This document shows positions 38,714 through 45,893 of a stretch of DNA of 45,893 nt, piece by piece; position 1 is the stretch's first letter; every line of letters starts with the position of its first letter. The position numbers were made by a program, and so were the translations under genes. A model generated the notes under the pieces. The model saw only the letters and a program-made list of their open reading frames with translations. It had not been told where the DNA came from and searched no databases. Origin of the DNA: an uncultured Chlamydiae bacterium (GTDB taxonomy: Bacteria; Chlamydiota; Chlamydiia; Chlamydiales; SM23-39); assembly GCA_937899275.1 (NCBI GenBank), contig CALBPE010000096.1, positions 1-45,893 on the forward strand, given 5' to 3'.

Positions 38714-39913
38714 ATGCGCAGTATGTTGCTTTTTTTGATCCTCTTTTTTTGTGTAGCTCATGCATTTGCTGCAACCGAAAATGACGAAAAGATCCGCACC
38801 TACTTGACAGGAGATTGGTATGGGGCAAGGCAGCAGTTAGCGTCTCATGGAATTTCTTGGCATGGTAATTACGTGATCAATGCAGCGGCTAACATAGGAG
38901 GAAGGCAAAATGGCTCTAGTCAAGCAAGCTCGATTGGATCAGATTTAACCATCGATTTTTCTCAGCTGTGCGATCTTCCCGGTTGGAGTTTTTTTATTAG
39001 CGGCGCTTTCCGCTTTGGAACAAGCCTTTCTTCTAAAAAAATTGGCAACGCATTTAGCGTACAGCAGGTGTTTGGATCACAAACTATCCGGTTGGTCGAT
39101 CTTTACCTTGCCTATTCTAAAGAAAAAGCTTTCTATCTAAAATTTGGTAGGATCAATACAGGCGAGGATTTTCAGGTATCTCGGCTGTTTGCAGAATTTA
39201 TGAATAATTCCTTTAACGGAAATCCGATTACCCCCAACTTTAATTTTCTTTTTAGCGTATTTCCCGTGAGTACTTGGGGGATGTATACAGAGATTTTTCC
39301 TGCCGATTGGTTTCGCATTAAATCAGGTATCTATAACAATAATCGGGAGATCTTTGTGAATGATACGCATGGAACATACTTTTCTTTTACCCCTTCTTTA
39401 GGCGCGCTGTTGTATACAGAATGGGGCCTTTTATTGCAGCACAGCAAGGATCTAAAAGGCACCTACCTTGTGGGCAGTGGGTATTCCACAGGAAAAACCA
39501 ATCATCAGCTCAAAGAAACGGTGCGGGGCAACTACCAGCTGTATGTACAGCTGGAAGAAAGCCTTATATGGAAAGATCCGCATGAAAAAGAAATCGCGCC
39601 GTTTTTTACGTTTCTTTACTTTCCAGAAGATCGCAATCCGTTTCCCTACTTTTTCATGGGAGGCGTCGTAACAAAAGGACTGTTCCGCCTGCGGCCAGAA
39701 GATCGGATCAGTTGGGGTACCAGCTGGGGATTTTATAGTAAAGAGCTTGATACAAAGCAAACATTTGAAGGGTGTATGGAGTGGAACTACAAATTGCAGA
39801 TTTCTCCTTATTTTTATATTGAGCCAAATCTTCAATATGTGATCCGCCCTTCAGGAGATAAAAATCTTTCCAATGCATGGGTCTTTGGTTTGCAGTCGGA
39901 GTGTCTATTTTGA
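38714..39913 (+). CDS. OprB-family carbohydrate-selective porin
   Basis: Signal peptide, YLTGDWYGARQQL, VQQVFG, EWNYK..I.PNLQYVIRP, terminal F. Confidence 0.85.
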   Translation: MRSMLLFLILFFCVAHAFAATENDEKIRTYLTGDWYGARQQLASHGISWHGNYVINAAANIGGRQNGSSQASSIGSDLTIDFSQLCDLPGWSFFISGAFRFGTSLSSKKIGNAFSVQQVFGSQTIRLVDLYLAYSKEKAFYLKFGRINTGEDFQVSRLFAEFMNNSFNGNPITPNFNFLFSVFPVSTWGMYTEIFPADWFRIKSGIYNNNREIFVNDTHGTYFSFTPSLGALLYTEWGLLLQHSKDLKGTYLVGSGYSTGKTNHQLKETVRGNYQLYVQLEESLIWKDPHEKEIAPFFTFLYFPEDRNPFPYFFMGGVVTKGLFRLRPEDRISWGTSWGFYSKELDTKQTFEGCMEWNYKLQISPYFYIEPNLQYVIRPSGDKNLSNAWVFGLQSECLF

Positions 39914-40359
39914 GTGATCGCCTCTATTTTATGCGACATGGTCCTGTAGAGTACAACAAAAAAATGCGGGATAGCTATCTATCTGATGAGGGGAAAAAAG
40001 AGGTAGAAAAAGCAGCAAGCGCTCTTATGGGCGCCACTTCTTATCCCCAAAAGATCTTTTCTAGCCCAAAACAACGATGTATGGAAACGGCGCATATTGT
40101 CGCGAGCATGGGAAACTTGCCTGATACTTGCATAGAGAGTCATGCAGCCCTTTTGCCACAAAAACAAGTAGTAAAAATAGATGCCGTTTGTTTTTTAGAA
40201 TCTCTTGCAAATGATCACCTAATCATTACCCATCTTCCAAATTTGCAATTTTTTTGCTTCGAAATGTGGGATTTACATCCCACGCCCTCTTTGCATATGG
40301 CGGCGCTTTTTTTTGTGGATAGAGAAAAAAAACCTGTGGTATGTTCTCAAATACATTAA
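39910..40359 (+). CDS. SixA-like histidine phosphatase
   Basis: YFMRHG, LSDEG, SSPKQRCMETA, ITHLP; start uncertain. Confidence 0.75.
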   Translation: MSDRLYFMRHGPVEYNKKMRDSYLSDEGKKEVEKAASALMGATSYPQKIFSSPKQRCMETAHIVASMGNLPDTCIESHAALLPQKQVVKIDAVCFLESLANDHLIITHLPNLQFFCFEMWDLHPTPSLHMAALFFVDREKKPVVCSQIH

Positions 40360-40383
40360 CAGGTGGTCAACATTGGAGGACAA

Positions 40384-40953
40384 ATGACTAAAATATACGT
40401 AGTTCGCCATGGAGAAACCGCATGGAATGTAGAGGGAAAACATACTGGTAGAAGTGATATTCCTATCAACAGCAGGGGAAAAGAACAAGCAGCAAGCCTG
40501 CAGCCTTTTTTTGCTTCTTTGTCTTCTCAAATCAAAAAAGTGTGGTCTAGCCCATTAAAACGCGCTTTTGAAACAGGGCAATTAGCTGGGTTTACAGATA
40601 TTCAGGAAGATCCCCGTCTTATGGAGTGGCATTATGGGGCGTATGAGGGAAAAACGTCTCAAGAGATTCATGCAGAAGAGCCTACCTGGAATATTTTTGC
40701 AGATGGCGCCAAAAATGGAGAGTCTGTAGAGGATGTAGAAAAAAGAGCAGGTGAAGTAATTGATATGCTGACCTCTTTTCCAGAAGATCAGGTCGTTTTT
40801 TCCCACGGACATTTTTCTAGGGTCCTTTTAATGAAGTGGCTTAGTTTGCCTGTAGAAAAAGCCGCTTTATTTTCTTTAGGAAATGCCGCTGTAGCTGTGC
40901 TGCAGTTATCAAAAGAAAAGCGCTCTTTACTACAGTGGAATCTGCAGTTTTAG
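40384..40953 (+). CDS. Histidine phosphatase / phosphoglycerate mutase family
   Basis: VRHGETAWN..GKHTGRSDIP, SSPLKRA, LMEWHYGAYEG, FSHG; GGAGGA RBS before ATG 40384. Confidence 0.92.
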   Translation: MTKIYVVRHGETAWNVEGKHTGRSDIPINSRGKEQAASLQPFFASLSSQIKKVWSSPLKRAFETGQLAGFTDIQEDPRLMEWHYGAYEGKTSQEIHAEEPTWNIFADGAKNGESVEDVEKRAGEVIDMLTSFPEDQVVFSHGHFSRVLLMKWLSLPVEKAALFSLGNAAVAVLQLSKEKRSLLQWNLQF

Positions 40954-41005
40954 CGCTTGCAAAAGATTGCTGTGGAGCAATCTTTTGCCCTTAATCGAGA
41001 GACAG

Positions 41006-42601
41006 TCAATGGGATTTTTTCATCCGCTCTTCTTCGGTAGAGCGGATTTTTTCTTTCATTTCAGAGAAATTAGCAATGAGCATTCCAAAGTCTGCCTTGC
41101 GGATCGCAAGTACATCTACAGCTGTTATGCAGCGAACTGTGGCTGTTCTTGAGCGTTCATTGAGAAGAGACATCTCTCCGAAAAATTCTCCATCTTTTAA
41201 CTCGGCAATTTTCTCTAACTTTTCCCCTTTTAAAATCTCCACTTTGCCTTTAACAATGATGTAAAGATAATCTCCTGTATCTCCTTCATGAAAGATTTCC
41301 TCTCCACTTTCATAATGAAGTGAGGCGATTGCTTGCGAAGGGGCAAGTTTTAGCTGGACCGCTTCAATTGGCACCACTTTATCTAAAAACCAGGAAAACG
41401 CCACCTTCAATTTTCTGCTAATTCCAGGAAGTTTCACCCAGTAAATTGCCCGCCAAAGCGCCCATGCGATAAATCCAGAGATGCGGATCTTACCAAATAA
41501 CTCCGCAACTGCGCTGTTATGACCTAAGGCAGCGAGCATGCCTAAACACTTGAAGCGGAACTCCTTTTTTTGTTTGCCTCGTATAGAGGCATAAATATTA
41601 TGCGCAAGTACTTTTCCCTGCCTTACAGCATACTGCGCTGTGGGAGGGCAAAAGGCCTCTTCTTTTGTGATATCAGGTATATGAGCGCAGTCTCCTATTG
41701 CCCATACATTTGTGCACCCGTCGACTAACATCTGTGCATCTGTAGCTATTTTTCCACGGACTTTGGGTAGCTGCATCGACTCTACAATTGGATTGATTGA
41801 TGAAGGAACGGTAGAGACCACTGTTTTTGCTGCAATTTTTTCTCCTGTTTCTAGTATAGCGCCTCTAGGAGTGGCTGAAACTAATTTGCTTTGAAAACGG
41901 ATTTCGATGCCCCGTTTTTTTAACAGTTTTTCCGCGTATAAACTCAGGGTTTTTGGCATTTCTTTATCCATAAGCCGCTTTTTACTATGGATCAGTATCA
42001 TCCGGATATCTTTTGGATTGATCGTGGGGTAGTTTTTCGCTAAACGAAGGGCCAGATCATTCATTTCTGCAATCACTTCTGTACCTGAGAATCCTCCTCC
42101 TCCAACGACATAGGTAAGAAGGGCTTTTTTTAGTTCGGGATCTGTTTGGTATGCAGCGGTTTCTATTGTTTCAATGATATGGTTTCTAAGAGAAAGAGCG
42201 TCAGACAAATTTTTAAATGCAAAGGCGTGTTCATGTAAGCCTGAAGATCCTTTGAAGTTTGTGACGTTGCCCAAACCAATAACAAGGTGATCATAATGGA
42301 TCAAGGAGGATTTATGCGTATATTTCGGTAAAAGAGAAATCTGCTGTTTTTCCAGATCAACCCATTCAATTTCCCGAACATATACGCGGCAGCCTTTTAA
42401 AAGCCGGCTCAAAGAAGATACGGTATCTAAAATACCTATAGATCCACCTACTACTTCTGCTAGCATGGGCTGGTATACGAAATAATTTTCTCGATTGACT
42501 AAAATGATTTCCACGTCCTTACGGTAGCGAAATTTTTTAATCAGATGCATGGCTGTATAGACGCCGCCAAAGCCGCCGCCTAGGATCACAATCTTTTTCA
42601 T
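41006..42601 (-). CDS. ndh: Type II NADH dehydrogenase fused to a C-terminal cyclic-nucleotide-binding domain
   Basis: ILGGGFGG, YDHLVIGLG, VGGGGFSGTE, WAIGDCA, PPTAQYA; C-terminal IFHEGDTGDYLYII.KG.V...GEFFGEMSLL...RTATV. Confidence 0.88.
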   Translation of the reverse strand: MKKIVILGGGFGGVYTAMHLIKKFRYRKDVEIILVNRENYFVYQPMLAEVVGGSIGILDTVSSLSRLLKGCRVYVREIEWVDLEKQQISLLPKYTHKSSLIHYDHLVIGLGNVTNFKGSSGLHEHAFAFKNLSDALSLRNHIIETIETAAYQTDPELKKALLTYVVGGGGFSGTEVIAEMNDLALRLAKNYPTINPKDIRMILIHSKKRLMDKEMPKTLSLYAEKLLKKRGIEIRFQSKLVSATPRGAILETGEKIAAKTVVSTVPSSINPIVESMQLPKVRGKIATDAQMLVDGCTNVWAIGDCAHIPDITKEEAFCPPTAQYAVRQGKVLAHNIYASIRGKQKKEFRFKCLGMLAALGHNSAVAELFGKIRISGFIAWALWRAIYWVKLPGISRKLKVAFSWFLDKVVPIEAVQLKLAPSQAIASLHYESGEEIFHEGDTGDYLYIIVKGKVEILKGEKLEKIAELKDGEFFGEMSLLNERSRTATVRCITAVDVLAIRKADFGMLIANFSEMKEKIRSTEEERMKKSH

Positions 42602-42722
42602 ATCTTCTGTATAACACGCAAAGCGCGATTACCGTAAACCGATTTTTTTCGTATCGTAGAAATATCTTGATTTTTCACAAAAAAATTTTTATTATCACGC
42701 TGATTTTCTGGAGTAGAAAGCG

Positions 42723-43604
42723 ATGAAAAAAGTCGTTTATTCCTTTGTATTCATCATTGCGCTCGTTTATTGGATGTATCCCAGTAAGCAGCAATTTGTT
42801 TTGTTCGAATCATTTTCTAAAAATTTTCTTGGAAAATACCCTACGCTAAAAGAATATACTCCTAAAGATATGATCCACATCGCTGAAAAATCTGCATACC
42901 TTTTGCAGAAGAAAATTGGCATTTTGAAGGATGTAAAAAATTTAGACTTACGAGTTTTAAAAGAAGTGCTTACCCTTGTAAAAGGGAAAAAGTCTCAAGT
43001 TTTTATGCGTCATGCTCGGCAAAAACTCAGCACGCAGATAGATGCACTATCTACCGTCGCAGAAAAAAAAATCGCTATGATGCGCAGTCCTGAAAATCAA
43101 ACCAGCCCTCCTACAGAAGATTCTCTTGTCGATTTTTTTAGCACAATGGTTTTGCTTCGTTATATACAAGAGCGCTCTCAGATGAAAATCAGGATTTTTA
43201 CGTCCCCAAATAAACGAGCATTTATTCCCTCTTCTTGTCTTGCAAGTTTTTTAGGTGTCACCATGGTAGAAAGCCCTATTCTTAAGTGCATCGATTACCC
43301 TATGGAAGAAAACTTTCCTTCGAGTAGGTTGATGAGGGAGCTGTCTGAAGGAGAGCTTCCTTGGGAAGAAGATTCAGTAGATTATATTATAGGTAAAAAC
43401 ACCCATAGATCGATTGAAAAATCTGTAGAAGAGGTGCTGCAAAATCCACAAGAGGGGATGTCTCTTTATATGACGCACACTCAGCAGCTCAACGCTGTGC
43501 AGGATGTGCTGCATTTGAAAGCGCGCCGCTTGCAGCATTTTGGCTTCATTCTTATTGTAGAAGGTAAAGCCTATATATATGAGCGGGGATTTTACTCTTC
43601 TTGA
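42723..43604 (+). CDS. Membrane-anchored histidine-phosphatase-like protein
   Basis: N-terminal TM; FMRHA, TSPNKRA and THTQ resemble RHG / SPxxRA / H motifs. Confidence 0.5.
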   Translation: MKKVVYSFVFIIALVYWMYPSKQQFVLFESFSKNFLGKYPTLKEYTPKDMIHIAEKSAYLLQKKIGILKDVKNLDLRVLKEVLTLVKGKKSQVFMRHARQKLSTQIDALSTVAEKKIAMMRSPENQTSPPTEDSLVDFFSTMVLLRYIQERSQMKIRIFTSPNKRAFIPSSCLASFLGVTMVESPILKCIDYPMEENFPSSRLMRELSEGELPWEEDSVDYIIGKNTHRSIEKSVEEVLQNPQEGMSLYMTHTQQLNAVQDVLHLKARRLQHFGFILIVEGKAYIYERGFYSS

Positions 43605-44029
43605 GGAGGTAGACGGAGCTTTTTCTTTAGAGATTGATGCATTTTTTCCTCATGAACCTTCTTTTTAGCCTTAGCGCTCCGCCGTTTTTTTTGTTTGCGT
43701 AGTTTTGCAACGGCCGCTTTTTTTGCCTGATTTTCTTTACCTAAGCGCTCCGCAATTTTCTCACATAATAGCCTTCTTGCAAAAAATCGATTGTCTTCTC
43801 GAAACCGCTCTTTTTGACATTTTACTTCAACACCTGTGGAAGTATGTCGTAAATAGACGCAAGAATAGGTTTTTTGCAATTTTTGTCCTCCTTTTCCGGA
43901 GCCGAGAATGAATTTCTCTACAAGATCCTCTTCTTGCACACCTAATTGCAGCATCTGTTTTTTTAAATGATTCCATTTTTCTTGAGATATTGGCATAAAT
44001 GTATTTAGTTGTTTTATAAATCTAGGCAT
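43592..44029 (-). CDS. GGQ-domain peptidyl-tRNA hydrolase (ArfB/RF-1-like rescue factor)
   Basis: EKFILGSGKGGQKLQKT.SCVYLRH, basic C-terminal tail. Confidence 0.88.
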   Translation of the reverse strand: MPRFIKQLNTFMPISQEKWNHLKKQMLQLGVQEEDLVEKFILGSGKGGQKLQKTYSCVYLRHTSTGVEVKCQKERFREDNRFFARRLLCEKIAERLGKENQAKKAAVAKLRKQKKRRSAKAKKKVHEEKMHQSLKKKLRLPPQEE

Positions 44030-44189
44030 ACCATAATAAGAACTATGATTGCTTTTTTGTTATTAGTTGTTCTTTTTTTGATTGATAGCGCTCTACCGCC
44101 TTCTTTCATACGGATCTGTTTATTTCTAGGGACGTATTTTACAGTAGCGCACTTTTTCAGTCTGTAACCTGCGTAAAAATAGGGGGTCT

Positions 44190-44462
44190 ATGCGCATTTT
44201 TTTGTTTTTTCTTCTTTTCTGCCAAACAGCTTTTGCTGCTTTATCTCCCATACAGCAAAGTATTCGGGAATGGAAAGAGCTTTTATCCAGCGAGGAGCTG
44301 GGTCATTTACCGAGCGGTGAGATGATCGAAGAGATTCTTCGCAAAGATGACGGCTTTGAGATCAAGACAACAAATTACCTCATCGATGTGGAACTTGAGT
44401 ATCAAGATACAGATATTTTAGGACCTATTCCATTTAATCTACGTTTTAAAGATCTTCCCTAA
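44190..44462 (+). CDS. Small exported hypothetical protein
   Basis: Signal peptide MRIFLFFLLFCQTAFA; AGGGGG RBS. Confidence 0.65.
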   Translation: MRIFLFFLLFCQTAFAALSPIQQSIREWKELLSSEELGHLPSGEMIEEILRKDDGFEIKTTNYLIDVELEYQDTDILGPIPFNLRFKDLP

Positions 44463-44464
44463 CC

Positions 44465-45736
44465 TTAAAATGATACTTCTGGATTATGCTGGTGTCCCTT
44501 TTTAGGCATCAATAGATTGATCAAAAAGGTAAGGAAAAGCGCTATGGGAAAAACGCTAGTAGCGATAAGCCAGGCATCTTTTGTATACACTCTTAGTAAT
44601 CCGTCCATTTGTCCCGACCAGTTGCTGTCGAGTAAAAATCCGACTAGAGGCTGCATAAAAGAGCTTCCCATCATCACCACAAAATTTGTAATAGCAATCA
44701 CCGTGCCTTTAGAGCTAGGATCATGGAGCTCAATAGAAATAGTGTAGTTGAGGATTTGCGCGGAAGAGAAAAACCCAAGCAGTAATAAAAGCGGATACAA
44801 TGCCCAAACATGCAGCGCTTCTGTATAGAGAATTGGTAAAAGACAACAAAGCGCGCCCAAGGGGGTAATCCATAAGATGGTTTTTTCTTTTTGCCAATAA
44901 TCGGCAAGTTTTCCCATGACCGGGCCTCCGATCATCCATCCTACAAAGATGAGAGAAATTCCAAAAGCTGCCGAAGAGTTTTTGATGCCATGCACCTCAC
45001 TTAAAAAGTCAATACCCCAAAGACCTGCAAACACCGAGGTGACAGAATAAAATAAGGATCCAGCAACGCCGTTTAGCCAGGTGAGGGGACTTTTAGCAAC
45101 AGAAACAAAATGTCCTAAGGCATCTTTTGATGGTGAAGAATCTGTAGGAAGGGGATTATTAGGATCATTTTTTAAGTACATCCCAATCAAAATCGTAAGA
45201 AAAACACCTAGAATTAAGTAGAGGAAAAAACTCGATCTCCAGCCAAAAGACTCGGTAATTAAACTGGTTGGGCCTTGTCCGATTACCGCCCCTAACATCC
45301 CAATCGAATTTGCCATGCCGACTAAAAAGGCTAAACGCTCTTTTGCAAACCAGTGAGATGAAATATATACCACAGCGACAAAACCGACAGAAGACCCAAG
45401 GCCCATAAATATCCGGCCTGTAGCGGCTAATATACCGCCGTAAGCAGTTGCAAAAATCAGGCAGCCAAAAGTCATAAGCACGCTGCCCCAAAATACTAAT
45501 CTTCTCGCTCCATAACGATCCATAAGAGGACCTATTGGAATTTGCGCTGGGGCAAAAACATAGAAGTAGCAGGCGTTGACAAAACCGATGCCTGCAGCGC
45601 TCAAAGTAAAAGATTCCATAAGGTAGCGGAGCATGCCGCTTGGAGCTACGCGTACCATAAATTCAAAAAAGAAAAAAGCGCAGGCAAGCCCCCAGATAAG
45701 CCATGGGGATAAAGAAGGGTGTTTACGTGTATTCAT
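44465..45736 (-). CDS. MFS transporter (Pht-like)
   Basis: QIPIGPLMDRYGARR motif A, GRIFMGLG, GWR; about 12 TM segments. Confidence 0.9.
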   Translation of the reverse strand: MNTRKHPSLSPWLIWGLACAFFFFEFMVRVAPSGMLRYLMESFTLSAAGIGFVNACYFYVFAPAQIPIGPLMDRYGARRLVFWGSVLMTFGCLIFATAYGGILAATGRIFMGLGSSVGFVAVVYISSHWFAKERLAFLVGMANSIGMLGAVIGQGPTSLITESFGWRSSFFLYLILGVFLTILIGMYLKNDPNNPLPTDSSPSKDALGHFVSVAKSPLTWLNGVAGSLFYSVTSVFAGLWGIDFLSEVHGIKNSSAAFGISLIFVGWMIGGPVMGKLADYWQKEKTILWITPLGALCCLLPILYTEALHVWALYPLLLLLGFFSSAQILNYTISIELHDPSSKGTVIAITNFVVMMGSSFMQPLVGFLLDSNWSGQMDGLLRVYTKDAWLIATSVFPIALFLTFLINLLMPKKGHQHNPEVSF

Positions 45737-45893
45737 TTATTAGGTTTACTCTATTTGTAGAAAACCTGCAAGAATCCTTTTTCAAAGTGTGAAAAACATG
45801 TGCTTATATTTATAAGGGATAAAAGTGCATTTTACCAAAAGTAGAGAGCAAAGACTCTTCCTTCAGTAGGAGGATGTAGATCTCGCCCAATTT

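Noticed and set aside
667..45491. Many short antisense or alternate-frame ORFs in the track (e.g. 667-870, 1737-2072, 8506-8808, 29936-30325, 33455-33751, 39452-39835)
   Set aside because: They overlap well-supported genes and show no recognisable motifs; treated as shadow ORFs.
1..45893. tRNA, rRNA or riboswitch genes
   Set aside because: None recognisable by eye; a tRNAscan/Infernal run would be needed to exclude them.

Overview
AT-rich bacterial genomic window. The gene content (NUE-like SET protein, MOMP/Lpg1974-like and OprB porins, Deg2-type proteases, Pht-like MFS, M50-like paralogs) suggests an intracellular environmental Chlamydiota-like organism; this is inference. About 0-14 kb is a decaying accessory region: AAA-ATPase and Fic pseudogenes, ISAs1/IS2/IS256 remnants, three methyltransferases, and a BlaI/BlaR1-like module with its operators. 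The main result is a class I lanthipeptide-type RiPP cluster at 26663-34177. It comprises a six-gene minus-strand operon (EpiD-like LanD, ABC-2 ATPase, permease, LanC, LanB, SAM methyltransferase) and a divergent 52-aa precursor gene (33973-34131) absent from the ORF track, whose core ends GAMSSVPCIGTAILMC. LanB looks catalytically intact. LanC lacks two of three Zn ligands (WSYG, CYG) and LanD has Tyr in place of its active-site His, so the cluster either uses non-canonical chemistry or is starting to decay. The rest is mostly envelope, transport and housekeeping genes, including an NDH-2/cNMP-binding fusion. All family calls come from motif recognition by eye; no searches were run.
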